Shown: piece after piece, positions 8,971 to 18,897 of the stretch | Layout: each line of letters opens with the position of its first letter | Numbering within the stretch: the first letter of the stretch is position 1 | NCBI GenBank assembly: GCA_965204115.1 | Contig: OZ241963.1 | Coordinates: 306,489-370,488 of the forward strand | Length of the DNA stretch: 64,000 nucleotides | Source: Minisyncoccota bacterium | GTDB lineage: Bacteria; Patescibacteriota; Minisyncoccia; Phycocordibacterales; JABAAK01 | Direction of reading: 5' to 3' | Translations under genes and position numbers: made by a program | The notes under the pieces: generated by a model | What the model was told of the DNA's origin: nothing | Seen by the model: only the letters and a program-made list of their open reading frames with translations | Database searches by the model: none

Positions 8971-9957
8971 TCACAACGACTGCAGATAAGCAATACCCTT
9001 CTCAGTGATACTTCGTCCACGGGGCGTGCGTTTTAGGAATCCTGCTTGTATGAGAAAAGGTTCATGTACCTCCTCTACCGTACGAATGTCTTCAGAAAGC
9101 GTGGTGGCGAGAGCCTGGATGCCGACCGGGCCGCCATTGAATGCTTCATGGATGGTTTTGAGGACAATGCGGTCTTCGGCGGTGAGTCCGTGTTCGTCTA
9201 TATCGCGCTCAGAGAGCGCGTTTTGGACAATTTCGGAGGTGATGGCTGTGTTATATATCTGGGCGTAGTCCCGCACTCGCTTGAGAAGGTAGTTGGCGAT
9301 TCGGGGGGTATTGCGGGCGCGCTGGGCAATGACAGCCGCAGCTTGCTCCGGCATGGTTATGTCAAGTACTGCCGCGGACCGCAGTACAATTTGCGCGATT
9401 TCGTCTTCAGTGTAGGGAATCAGACGCATCACACCACCGGAAAATCGCGTGCGAAGCGGTGTTGAGAGTTTTCCGACTTGTGTTGTTGCCGCGATGATGA
9501 CAATCGGCGGGAGGTTGATCTCAACAGAGCGAGCGGTTGGACCCTTGCCGACAATGATAGAGATATTACCGCTCTCCATAATGGGGTACAGCACTTCTTC
9601 TATGTTTTTACTGAGCCGATGTATCTCATCTATGAACAGCACCCCGCCGTTCTCCATGGCTGATGCAAGCGATACAATGTCGCCTGCCCGCTCTATCATC
9701 GGTCCTGAGGTGGTGTGTACCGGCACCTCCAGTACTGAGCCGATGATGTACGCCAGTGTTGTCTTGCCGAGCCCTGCCGGGCCGTAGAGCAGGACATGTT
9801 CAGGCATCTGCCCCCGCTCTTTTGCTGCCTCTATGAGGATGTTCAGGTTTTTCTTTATCATCTCCTGTCCGATATACTCGTCCCACACTTTTGGACGCAA
9901 TAAGCTGTCCAGTGAGTGGTCTAATGGCTGTTTGCTTTCTACGGCAATGTCGTTCAT
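8971..9957 (-). CDS. ruvB: Holliday junction branch migration helicase RuvB
   Basis: AAA+ Walker A LYGPAGLGKTTLA, an IDEIHRL sensor and a winged-helix C-terminus; 328 aa. Confidence 0.95.
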   Translation of the reverse strand: MNDIAVESKQPLDHSLDSLLRPKVWDEYIGQEMIKKNLNILIEAAKERGQMPEHVLLYGPAGLGKTTLAYIIGSVLEVPVHTTSGPMIERAGDIVSLASAMENGGVLFIDEIHRLSKNIEEVLYPIMESGNISIIVGKGPTARSVEINLPPIVIIAATTQVGKLSTPLRTRFSGGVMRLIPYTEDEIAQIVLRSAAVLDITMPEQAAAVIAQRARNTPRIANYLLKRVRDYAQIYNTAITSEIVQNALSERDIDEHGLTAEDRIVLKTIHEAFNGGPVGIQALATTLSEDIRTVEEVHEPFLIQAGFLKRTPRGRSITEKGIAYLQSL

Positions 9958-9978
9958 ACTTCATTATTTATGCACTCT

Positions 9979-11658
9979 TCATATCACTACACCGATAACC
10001 CGCTCAATTTCTTCCAAAGAGGTGATGCCTTTCAGCACCTTCCAGAGTGCGTCATCCTCCATAAACGGAAGCCCCTGTTTCCGCACTTCTGCGCGCAGTG
10101 TGGCAACCCCGCTCTCTTCCCGAATCACCCGCTCTATCTCATCGTTCACCTCAAACACCTCAAACACACCGATTCGCTTTTTGTATCCGTCGTTGCATTC
10201 CTGGCACTGTGGTGATGCTTCGCTTGGTCTTTTGATAGCATTTAAATCAAACTCCTCTTTATACCGCTCCGGAAATCGTTCTATCATCTGTTGTATTTTT
10301 TCTTTTTGCTCGTTCGTTAGCGGATGCTGTTCTGAGCAGACGGGGCACAGCTGCCGCACCAGTCGCTGTGCGATGACGATATTAATCGCTCGTGAAAATG
10401 CCTGCGGATCCACCTCAAACTGCAATAGTCGCGGCAGCGCGCCGAGCGCGTCGTTTGTGTGCAGGGTTGAAAATACTAAGTGTCCTGTCAATGCCGCCTG
10501 TACCGCCACCTGCGCGACTTCGGCATCACGAACCTCACCGACCAGAATAACATCCGGATCCTGCCTGAGGATGGCCCGTAGCCCTGAAGCGAACGAGTAG
10601 TCCTTATCAATTTCCGTCTGCACAATCCCCTCAAGCCGATACTCAATCGGGTCTTCCAGCGTTACGGTCTTGATATGCTCCCCTTTTACCTCGTTTAAAA
10701 ATGAGTACAGTGTCGTTGTCTTCCCCGACCCGGTCGGCCCTGTGTTCAAAATCATTCCATTCGGTCGTTTAATATGTTTCATAAATACCTCAAGTACCAC
10801 CGGATGAATTCCCAGACGCTCAATGCTATGCAGCACATTTCTCGGATCAAGGAGTCGTATGACGAATGAGCCGCCCTCGTCCTCCGGTATCACAGATGAC
10901 CGCATGCTTAATGTTCTTTTCGGAAGGTGTACCACGAAACCACCGTCCTGTGCCCCCCTTGCGGTTATTTTCATACCGGAGACCAGCTTCATCCGCGTCA
11001 CCATTTGTTTGTACTCCAGTTCATTGAGTTCGGTCATGTCGGTCAGCACTCCGTCTATGCGATACCGTATCACACCGCCCTCCTGTGCCGGCTCAATGTG
11101 TATATCAGACGCGTTTACTGCAACTGCCGTTGCCACGACATACTCTATATTTTTTGACACCCGATGCGCTCGGCTCATTTTTTTGAGCTCACGCAGCACC
11201 TCTCGCACCGCTTCAACTGATTGGATGCTTTGTATTTTTTCTTCCAGTTCTTCATTCGTGATAGACAGTGTTCCCGGCGCAGTCGCGCTTGTGGTGATGA
11301 TGTCCTTGTAGTACATCCATATTTGCTTCAGTGTTTTGGTTGATGCGAGGGTTATGGTGTGCGAGTACCCTTTTTCTTCCAACATGCGGAGTATTTCCGC
11401 CAGTTTTTCATTATTCGGCTCATTCACCGCTACCGTCAGCACCCCCTTCAGCCGCTTATACACCGCCATCTTCCCCTCCCGCGCATCAACTTCTTTCACC
11501 AATTGCAGTGCGTCAGGATTCACCTGCACATCAGTGATGCGAATTGCGGGATATTGATACTTCTTAGAAAGGTAATCCATTAACCGCTCCTCTTCCTCTT
11601 CTCGGTGCTCCCGCAAATCTTTTTGAAATTCCTGCACTGGTGCATTAACGACAGTCAT
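9979..11658 (-). CDS. pilB: type IV pilus assembly ATPase PilB/GspE family
   Basis: A T2SSE N-terminal domain, Walker A NTGPTGSGKTTTLYS, the Asp/His boxes, and a C-terminal tetracysteine CPVC...CQEC. The longest ORF runs to 11745; the likely start is MTVVNA at 11658, with TATACT -10 7 nt upstream. Confidence 0.9.
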   Translation of the reverse strand: MTVVNAPVQEFQKDLREHREEEEERLMDYLSKKYQYPAIRITDVQVNPDALQLVKEVDAREGKMAVYKRLKGVLTVAVNEPNNEKLAEILRMLEEKGYSHTITLASTKTLKQIWMYYKDIITTSATAPGTLSITNEELEEKIQSIQSVEAVREVLRELKKMSRAHRVSKNIEYVVATAVAVNASDIHIEPAQEGGVIRYRIDGVLTDMTELNELEYKQMVTRMKLVSGMKITARGAQDGGFVVHLPKRTLSMRSSVIPEDEGGSFVIRLLDPRNVLHSIERLGIHPVVLEVFMKHIKRPNGMILNTGPTGSGKTTTLYSFLNEVKGEHIKTVTLEDPIEYRLEGIVQTEIDKDYSFASGLRAILRQDPDVILVGEVRDAEVAQVAVQAALTGHLVFSTLHTNDALGALPRLLQFEVDPQAFSRAINIVIAQRLVRQLCPVCSEQHPLTNEQKEKIQQMIERFPERYKEEFDLNAIKRPSEASPQCQECNDGYKKRIGVFEVFEVNDEIERVIREESGVATLRAEVRKQGLPFMEDDALWKVLKGITSLEEIERVIGVVI

Positions 11659-11726
11659 TGCTGTCAGTATAGCATACACGCCCGTGAGGGTAACAAAGTA
11701 CAATACCGTTTGCGGCGATGAGCGGT

Positions 11727-13052
11727 CTACAGCCGAAGCATCCAAAGTGCCATATCATACTTGTTCACAAAAAAGAGGAATTCTCCATCCGGGGTGAGCT
11801 GCGGGTGTATGACATCAAAGTTCGTGTTTCTGGAAAGTATTTGAATTTCTTCCTGATTAGGTGCGAGTAACAGATCCTTTTCTCCGGTTGCGGCGTTCAC
11901 TGACACGATTACATCGTCAAAGGTGATGTCCCCCTGATACCATGAATCGGGAAATACTGTGTCATAGCCGGAAACTGTTTCAATGGGGATGGATATCGGC
12001 GCGGCACAGACAAATATGCCGTTCGCCGCATCGCACTTCTCAGGTAGTGTGATCGGGAGATCAATGGTAATACTCCGATCCCGATTGGTGATAACTGCTT
12101 TTCCGGCAAAATTATCCGCCTTTGTTTCAAACAGCATAAAATATCCCGTTGTTGCGTCCATAAACGCAGACCCGCCGGATGCGAGAGATACAAACTGTTC
12201 ATTCGGCAGCACTCCCTTCGGGTCAACGAGGTAGATGAATCCCTTCATCATGTCGGTAATCGGTGTGTGGAGGGTGATACGCGGACTGTTGCCCCAGCGT
12301 GGCAACCATGAGGCGAAATCTGACCGCCATATTACCTGTGTTTTTGATGGATTTGCCACATCAACAACAACCCCGACGGATTTGCCGTCAATCATCTGCA
12401 GAAAAAAGAGGAGGTTTTTATTATTCGTAGCAACCCGAATATTATCCTCAAACCGCTGCACGCTCGGACCGGTGCCGGTTGTAGAAAATGGTACAAACGC
12501 TGATCGCACCACGGATTCATTATCGGCACTTTCATACAGCACCAGCACTTCACCGTTCTCAAACGGATACCCTTCAATAACCCGAGTAAATTCACCGCGC
12601 GCGGTCAGTGACAGTGAGTATGGGATGGTCTGTACCAGGTATCGATTCCCCCGCCCCTGCTCAATGACCTGTGCCTCCCATGCGTCTCCTTTTTTTTCAA
12701 TGCGATACCCCGCCGTCGGGCCTTTGAACAGCCGCACTAATCGCGGTATGTTTTCTTTGTCTTCAGTACCAGGGTCACTGGTATCAGATAGCGGAGCTGT
12801 GTATACCCGATCATCCCGCCCCTTTCCGTCACTATCATCGGAAACTGAAGGATTAAAAGGTATTTCATCCGGTCTTGACACCCCAAGATTGTCCAGACCA
12901 AGCGATGGCGCTGTCGGTGCCGGTGGCCCATCGGGTGGTGGCGCGGGTGCCGGCGGCTCTGCTGAAAGATATAGGTAGATACCCGCAAACAGCAGCGCAC
13001 AAAATACCAGAAAAATAATAATGGCGATGGTGAACCGTTTTGTAGGGGTCAT
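11727..13052 (-). CDS. hypothetical membrane-anchored secreted protein with Pro-rich linker and a beta-rich C-terminal domain
   Basis: Likely start is MTPTKRF at 13052 (TATACT -10 8 nt upstream). It has a signal-anchor (IAIIIFLVFCALLFAGIYLYL), a PAPAPPPDGPPAPTAP linker and a C-terminal domain. Confidence 0.5.
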   Translation of the reverse strand: MTPTKRFTIAIIIFLVFCALLFAGIYLYLSAEPPAPAPPPDGPPAPTAPSLGLDNLGVSRPDEIPFNPSVSDDSDGKGRDDRVYTAPLSDTSDPGTEDKENIPRLVRLFKGPTAGYRIEKKGDAWEAQVIEQGRGNRYLVQTIPYSLSLTARGEFTRVIEGYPFENGEVLVLYESADNESVVRSAFVPFSTTGTGPSVQRFEDNIRVATNNKNLLFFLQMIDGKSVGVVVDVANPSKTQVIWRSDFASWLPRWGNSPRITLHTPITDMMKGFIYLVDPKGVLPNEQFVSLASGGSAFMDATTGYFMLFETKADNFAGKAVITNRDRSITIDLPITLPEKCDAANGIFVCAAPISIPIETVSGYDTVFPDSWYQGDITFDDVIVSVNAATGEKDLLLAPNQEEIQILSRNTNFDVIHPQLTPDGEFLFFVNKYDMALWMLRL

Positions 13053-13303
13053 ATATAGGTAGTATACTCCACTAGAGAATGTCTTTGCCATTCCTTATTG
13101 GTCTCTTGGATAACACCACTCCTCCAGTTCATCCTCGTTAATTGCTGGTGTGATGCAAAAAGCAGGCAAGGGGCCTTTTTCAAAGTACAGCACCGCTTCA
13201 GTGCCGGTATTAGTGTTCATCCAGTTAGTTCTTGTTGTTGTGCTATCAAGCGTTTTTCTTGTTTCGTGTTTAGAATCCACGCTGCCCCTGGTGATAGTGA
13301 GCC

Positions 13304-15409
13304 TTAATGGCTTCTTGGCTGTAGACTCGACTGGATGGGTACCCCAGCCGGTACAGATGTACCCTGTTTCACTTCATCGCGTGCTGAACCTCTGGTATTT
13401 TCATCGGGGCAGCCTATGACTGGCGGTGCAACGCTAGAAAGTTTTCCGCTATTCTCGTTTCCCTCTCGCAACACCAGGAAACACGCTGTTTCTCCTCTGA
13501 GCGGTTCTTTACATTGGCCAGTCTTTTTACCCTTCTCATTCACCAGCACCAGCATGGGGGTTATTCGAAAAATATCGTTGTGGTTGACTTCCCCAATTTT
13601 GACAACCCAGGGACCCGCTGTGCTGTCCGTTATTTTGAATGTAACCTTTTTGCCATTACCTGTTGAACTATACACTCCTTTACTGGTTGTGCAATCAGAT
13701 GAATCTTTTTTCGTACAATATTGGACCTTTCCACTGTCAATATGGTAGCCGGTTACAATTCCTTCAACACTGCTGAAGATGCGACCGGGGTTTTGAATGG
13801 CTGGAAAATCGATGGTAATAAATTCACCGTTCTGATTGCGAGTAATCCCTTGAGCAACAGTTATATTGCCGCTGAGTTTTACTTTTTCTTTTCCTAAGGT
13901 AATGCAGTCATCAGCATCAAATTTAGGCTTATGCCTCCATGGCTTCCCGCGCCAAAATTTTACCACCTTCCCTGGATCCTTTTCATCTTTCTTCACCACA
14001 ATAGATACGATAGGAAAGACAGCGATAATGTCTGAATTTTTTATTGTCGCCTTTATCTTTGTCTGTGGTTCGCTTGTGCACTTCCTGACGCCGACCAAAC
14101 TATCACCTCCTTCCGACTGGTCTCTGATCTTGTCAAATGCCCTATCCTCTCCTTCCTCGGACACCTTTACCTCTCCGCCAAAATCTGAATATAAAATCTG
14201 ATAATGGTACTGTAGCGGGACAGTGGTGGAATAGGGTCCCTGCTGCAGTGACTGCCTCACACTTTCTACTTGCCCTTTGAAATTATCTTCAATATCAGGG
14301 CATGCACTTATGGTTAGGAGTCCTGTCTCTTTATCGTAGTTGACGGCCTTATCCGGGACGGAAAGATTGGCTGTAACCAGGTTGTTACCTTGCCCGACTT
14401 CCCGCAGCTGGGTGATTGTTTTGAATAGTTGCGGACGGAGGAGTGAAGGGTCAATAAAGTCAAGGATAATCCATGAGAGGAGCAGGATGATGGTGCCGAT
14501 GGCGGCTGCCACCACTCTCTTTTTTGCATCGGAGAAACCCGAGACATTTCCGGTGAACTCGGCGTAGATCATTTGGGTGCCGTGTACGGCAAGCATTACT
14601 ACCATCAAAATTCCGGAAACGGTGAAAATGACACGGAAGAACCGGGTGAAAAATTTTTGAATTAAGCCGCTTACCGCTTCCTGATTGGCATCAGTTGTAT
14701 TAATTCTTTCTGCGCCCCAAATACTGCTGTAGAGATTGAGTATTGTCGGGCTTCCTTTTGTGATGCTCTTACTTGTGGTTGTTGACGCTGTTTCATCATC
14801 GTCGTCGCTGTCATCTCCATTGGCGGATTGAGCGTTTGTAGCAAGGCCATTATGTATGTCTTGTGTAATATCTCTTGTTATGAATTGTATATTTTTACTT
14901 CCCGCCGCTTCTTTGTATCCGACATAGACACAGAGCGTGTGTATTTTTTCCTCAGGATTGTTAATGCTATAAGGAGCAAAAAGGTTGCTTGTTGGTGTTA
15001 TAGATATTGTTGCTGCTGCAGGGTTAAATGCTTCAAAAAGTATGTTGTCAAAAAAATCTGGGTCATTGTTCTCTTCTTCTATTCTTACAAATTCCTCCTT
15101 ATACGCCTCAGCACCCTTTAGGACGAGGCCGTCATCACCGCATTCAACATCAGAACTCCCCGCTACAAATCCATAGCCCCAGTAGTATGTATATGTCAAA
15201 TCATCCTGAGAAACGAGGCTGCGAAGATCAGAAAACCGTGTATTTACTACATATTCATACGTACCTGGATCTTCTCGTTTTTCTCCTGCGGATATAAAAG
15301 TAGGGCGACCCAGATTCGCCTGTGCAAACAACACGCCGCCCATTAATCCGCAGATACTACAGACGAAAAGTAAACTGAATATCAGATTGTTGTAAATCTT
15401 TGTTTTCAT
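13304..15409 (-). CDS. large envelope protein with a signal peptide, Asp-rich segment and a central two-helix membrane hairpin (TrbC/VirB2-like topology)
   Basis: Likely start is MKTKIYNNLIFSLLFVCSICGLMGGVLFAQA at 15409. The hairpin is FFRVIFTVSGILMVVMLAVHGTQMIYA-loop(GFSDAKKRVVAAA)-IGTIILLLSWIILDFI, followed by a ~390-aa C-terminal domain. Confidence 0.5.
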   Translation of the reverse strand: MKTKIYNNLIFSLLFVCSICGLMGGVLFAQANLGRPTFISAGEKREDPGTYEYVVNTRFSDLRSLVSQDDLTYTYYWGYGFVAGSSDVECGDDGLVLKGAEAYKEEFVRIEEENNDPDFFDNILFEAFNPAAATISITPTSNLFAPYSINNPEEKIHTLCVYVGYKEAAGSKNIQFITRDITQDIHNGLATNAQSANGDDSDDDDETASTTTSKSITKGSPTILNLYSSIWGAERINTTDANQEAVSGLIQKFFTRFFRVIFTVSGILMVVMLAVHGTQMIYAEFTGNVSGFSDAKKRVVAAAIGTIILLLSWIILDFIDPSLLRPQLFKTITQLREVGQGNNLVTANLSVPDKAVNYDKETGLLTISACPDIEDNFKGQVESVRQSLQQGPYSTTVPLQYHYQILYSDFGGEVKVSEEGEDRAFDKIRDQSEGGDSLVGVRKCTSEPQTKIKATIKNSDIIAVFPIVSIVVKKDEKDPGKVVKFWRGKPWRHKPKFDADDCITLGKEKVKLSGNITVAQGITRNQNGEFITIDFPAIQNPGRIFSSVEGIVTGYHIDSGKVQYCTKKDSSDCTTSKGVYSSTGNGKKVTFKITDSTAGPWVVKIGEVNHNDIFRITPMLVLVNEKGKKTGQCKEPLRGETACFLVLREGNENSGKLSSVAPPVIGCPDENTRGSARDEVKQGTSVPAGVPIQSSLQPRSH

Positions 15410-16358
15410 TTTGAGCAAATACACGAACAGGTATCTCGGCACCTTCCCCGCGGACAGAAATATCAAGCTTTCTGCCCTCCTTGAGGTGGCTTGCCTCGTT
15501 GTTCACAAACCATTTATATTGTATCGCATTTTTTTCAAAATCGGACTGACTGAAGTAAAACGGGTACACCGAAGCCGTCACTTCCTCGCTGCCGGGCGAA
15601 AGATATTCAGAAAAAACCCGATCCCGCGAGAGTCCGTATAGGAGTGTGTGAGGATACACCAGCAGCCGCGGCTCAACAATAGGCACATTGGTTACTTTTT
15701 CAAAAGAGACCCTGCCACTGCTGATGAGCGTTGCCTCTACCCGCACGATAATATAGCGGTTGAGGTAGCTCCCTCCTTTTTCATACACTACGCTGCTTGC
15801 CGCCGGACCACGCTCGTCGTGGTAGCGCGATTCAATCATCCAGCGGAATGAAAAATCTTTTTCGGTGTAAATAATACCGCTCTGATCAATATACTGCACC
15901 TTTGCTGAAAGCTTTATCGGTGTCTGTGGTCCCGCTAGCCGGTGCCCTCGATACAGCGGCGTGACAACCGAGTCCGCCTCCCAGAGAATATCAAAAACAA
16001 CCGGTCGTATCCATCGGGAAATATTGGCAAATCGCCGCTGCCCCTGTGAATCAAAGTACTGTATCCGCGCAACAACCTGTTTCGGCACGCTACCGGCAAT
16101 TTCAGTAATCTTCGTCTTGTTTGTATATGCCGCCTGTTCAATACCGTCAATCTGCCAGATAATTGAATGGATACTGGAGACAAACGACTGGTTAGAGCGA
16201 ATGGTGAAATCAACATACTCGCCCGGCGACGGGTAGGGTTCACTCACCGATATCTCATACGCGCTGTAGCTCCCCTGCTCTTGCCCGAATACTATGGGAG
16301 TCAGTAAAAAACCCGCTAACAAAACAGCATAGAGCCAAAAAAGAAATGCAATCCGCAT
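15357..16358 (-). CDS. hypothetical secreted protein
   Basis: 333 aa with an N-terminal signal peptide (MRIAFLFWLYAVLLAGFLLTPIVFGQ). TATACT -10 lies 8 nt upstream (16367-16374). Confidence 0.5.
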   Translation of the reverse strand: MRIAFLFWLYAVLLAGFLLTPIVFGQEQGSYSAYEISVSEPYPSPGEYVDFTIRSNQSFVSSIHSIIWQIDGIEQAAYTNKTKITEIAGSVPKQVVARIQYFDSQGQRRFANISRWIRPVVFDILWEADSVVTPLYRGHRLAGPQTPIKLSAKVQYIDQSGIIYTEKDFSFRWMIESRYHDERGPAASSVVYEKGGSYLNRYIIVRVEATLISSGRVSFEKVTNVPIVEPRLLVYPHTLLYGLSRDRVFSEYLSPGSEEVTASVYPFYFSQSDFEKNAIQYKWFVNNEASHLKEGRKLDISVRGEGAEIPVRVFAQNENKDLQQSDIQFTFRL

Positions 16359-16391
16359 ACAGATGTAGTATACCCCGTAAAATTACAGAAA

Positions 16392-17132
16392 CTACAGGAA
16401 TTTTTGCAAAAACTCCGGTGGTCCCACTGCGCTGAAGAATGACAGATCGCCGACGAGGAAAAATATACCGAGCGCGATGAAGAGTAGCCCGCCGATGACG
16501 CGCATGGTCGGTAGGAATTTTGGTATCTCCTGCAGCCGTTCCGCTGCTTTGGTGTAGAGCAGTGCGAGGATGGTGAGCGGCAGCATAATGCCGAGTGCAA
16601 ACGCGAACAGTAGGAGCATTCCGGTGAGCGCTGATCCGGAACTTGCCGCCAAGGTCAACACTCCGCCAAGCACCGGACCGATACATGGCGACCACCCTGC
16701 CGCGAATATCGCGCCGATGAGGAAAATGCCCCACCATGAGTGCACCGGCAGCATTTTCGGTATCGGAAATGATTTATTACCAAGCAATCTTTCCGGCAGC
16801 GGCACTGCGCGCAGTAACACTAATCCGACCATGATAAAGAAAATTGCGCCGATAATCACCAGTATTGGTTTTGCTTGATTAAACAGTGCCACGGTTCTGC
16901 TAAACTGCCCGAACAAGCCGGCAACACCGCCGAATAAGGCGTATGTTGTCGCAAATCCGGAAAAAAACCAGCTCGTTGTTGTGAGGGTGTACGGAATGTT
17001 GTTGCTGTCCTCGTCGCCGATGATGAGTGCGATATATCCCAGCACCATCGGATAAGTACACGGCAGAAAGACGGTGATAATCCCCGCCAATATAGTTACG
17101 GAAAAACTTATAATGGACAGCTGTTCTATCAT
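16392..17132 (-). CDS. ccdA: cytochrome c-type biogenesis / thiol-disulfide transfer membrane protein CcdA (DsbD family)
   Basis: Six TM helices with the two conserved Cys motifs FLPCTYP and WSPCIGPVLG. Confidence 0.85.
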   Translation of the reverse strand: MIEQLSIISFSVTILAGIITVFLPCTYPMVLGYIALIIGDEDSNNIPYTLTTTSWFFSGFATTYALFGGVAGLFGQFSRTVALFNQAKPILVIIGAIFFIMVGLVLLRAVPLPERLLGNKSFPIPKMLPVHSWWGIFLIGAIFAAGWSPCIGPVLGGVLTLAASSGSALTGMLLLFAFALGIMLPLTILALLYTKAAERLQEIPKFLPTMRVIGGLLFIALGIFFLVGDLSFFSAVGPPEFLQKFL

Positions 17133-17842
17133 TGTACTTCTTGCAGGAGGCCCCGCACCTGCTCCAATGGCAATGCGCCCGGTATGGAGCGCACCGCTTT
17201 GGTCTTTTTGTTGACCAGGAATGATCCCGGTGTGCCGTTGACCCCCATTTTCTGTGCATCGTTCATATGCTGCTCCACGAGCTGCTGCTGCTTACTGCCT
17301 GCCGCAACACATGCGTCTATTTGCGCATCAGAGAGGCCGTTTTCTCGTCCCAGTGCTTTATAGGTTTCAAGACTTAGTGCGGTTGCGGTGAATACGCCGT
17401 CTGTGTATGTCCAGAATGCGTCGTTCCCCTTGTGGGTCTTCACACATTCACCAATGGCAGCGCCGTCTTTTGCGGTCACATGAAATGGCAGCGGTAGGTG
17501 CCGGTACACCCACATAACTTCCCCACTGTCCACCAACGCCTGCACCGTCGGGTGGAATCGCTTACAAAATCCACATTCATAATCAGAGTACTCAACCAGT
17601 AGTACATCCCCGCTTCCGCGTGTTGCATCGTTATTTCGTACGGTCAGTATGTTAAGGTCCGGCGTGATCGGTGGCGGTCCCGGCGGCACTTCTCCCGCCG
17701 GCGGGTTGCCCTGTGGCTGTACCGCCACAGTTCCGCTTTTTCCGTGTATCATTCCGGCATAGAAAATTGCCGCTATGGCAATGAGGACCGCAAGTGCGGT
17801 GATCATGTTGTTTGTTTGATTACTGTTTTTTTCTGTACTCAT
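17129..17842 (-). CDS. membrane-anchored DsbA-like thioredoxin-fold thiol:disulfide oxidoreductase (CXXC = CGFC)
   Basis: A TM anchor and a DsbA/COG1651-like core (VLLVEYSDYECGFCKRFHP). It overlaps the ccdA start by 4 nt, which suggests an operon. Confidence 0.8.
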   Translation of the reverse strand: MSTEKNSNQTNNMITALAVLIAIAAIFYAGMIHGKSGTVAVQPQGNPPAGEVPPGPPPITPDLNILTVRNNDATRGSGDVLLVEYSDYECGFCKRFHPTVQALVDSGEVMWVYRHLPLPFHVTAKDGAAIGECVKTHKGNDAFWTYTDGVFTATALSLETYKALGRENGLSDAQIDACVAAGSKQQQLVEQHMNDAQKMGVNGTPGSFLVNKKTKAVRSIPGALPLEQVRGLLQEVQ

Positions 17843-17907
17843 AGTGTTTTATTGTTTTTTGTAATTATTAAACTGATTATGGTTATAGCATACCATACTT
17901 TACTTCA

Positions 17908-18615
17908 TTATGGTTTTGCTTTTTCTACCAACACCTTTACCCGCTGCAAAAACTTGCTGTATTCATTCGCGTACGAGATGCCAATCGGTCGGTCTTTATA
18001 TACTACCACAATATACGGTGTTCCGCGGGAACCCAGCCGCCATCCCTCGTTACTGTCCCGCTCTACCCGACTCCGCACCCGCTTATCCGTTGAGATACAT
18101 TCCTGAAATTGCCGCGCGTCTGTCCCCAATGCCGCTGCCTTATTCGCCAGTGCTTTTGCATCGTTGATATCTCGCTGATTTTCATACACATACTGAATAA
18201 ACGAGAAGAATGCTTCCTCGCCGGTATGTTTCGCCACACACTCGGCGGCAACCGCCGCTTCAAATGCGGCGCCTTTTTTCTGCGGATATAGGTGCCGCGA
18301 CACCACCAGCACCCCCTCTTCGTCGACGATCTTTTTAAAGCTCTCCCGCATTGCCGCGCACATAATACAGCTTAAATCTGAATACTCAATCAGCACCACT
18401 TCCGCGTCAATATCACCCTGGGTGTGGTCAATAGACCGCACATCGGTCATGCCGATTACGGTGTGCTGTGAGTCAACCACCCCGATACCTGCTGCAATAT
18501 GTTTCAGGACCCGCACCATCGGATGTTCCACATACAACAGTACCCCCGCTACCATCACCACCGCCACACACACCACCACTATCCGCCGTACATTCATTTG
18601 TCGCACATTCTGCAT
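17908..18615 (-). CDS. second membrane-anchored DsbA-like thiol:disulfide oxidoreductase (CXXC = CIMC)
   Basis: VVLIEYSDLSCIMCAAM motif. Likely start is MQNVRQ at 18615, with TATACT -10 8 nt upstream at 18624-18629. Confidence 0.7.
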   Translation of the reverse strand: MQNVRQMNVRRIVVVCVAVVMVAGVLLYVEHPMVRVLKHIAAGIGVVDSQHTVIGMTDVRSIDHTQGDIDAEVVLIEYSDLSCIMCAAMRESFKKIVDEEGVLVVSRHLYPQKKGAAFEAAVAAECVAKHTGEEAFFSFIQYVYENQRDINDAKALANKAAALGTDARQFQECISTDKRVRSRVERDSNEGWRLGSRGTPYIVVVYKDRPIGISYANEYSKFLQRVKVLVEKAKP

Positions 18616-18798
18616 ATGCTTACAGTATATCGCTATCTGGGAGCTCTGTACTTGGTATCTGCCACAGCCACCGCACGACAAGGGATGATGATTGAGGAGA
18701 TATGAGGCAGATACTACGGCTTTTTAATAGAGGGCAATTTGAGCTGCTGAATACCCTGTAAAATGGTAAAAACCTTGATTTTACTGCCTTTCTTGGGG

Positions 18799-18827
18799 TT
18801 GACATATTGCTCCATAAATGATATAAT
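18799..18827 (+). promoter_or_regulatory. consensus sigma70-type promoter TTGACA-17nt-TATAAT
   Basis: TTGACA at 18799-18804, a 17-nt spacer, TATAAT at 18822-18827. Predicted TSS is about 18834, upstream of the protease gene. Confidence 0.6.
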
Positions 18828-18897
18828 ACATATAAGTTACGGTGCCGGGGAGGGGCATGATGCATCTAACTACATTACACCATACATACACCATATT

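Noticed and set aside
9833-10600. Plus-strand 255-aa ORF and other long antisense ORFs (12235-12978, 25518-26477, 34643-35332, 36976-37518, 43704-44324, 57948-58457, 59121-59927)
   Set aside because: All lie antisense to genes with strong family-level evidence or long conserved frames (pilB, ruvB, gyrB, the giant proteins, ABC-F). Their compositions are low-complexity with no recognizable domains.
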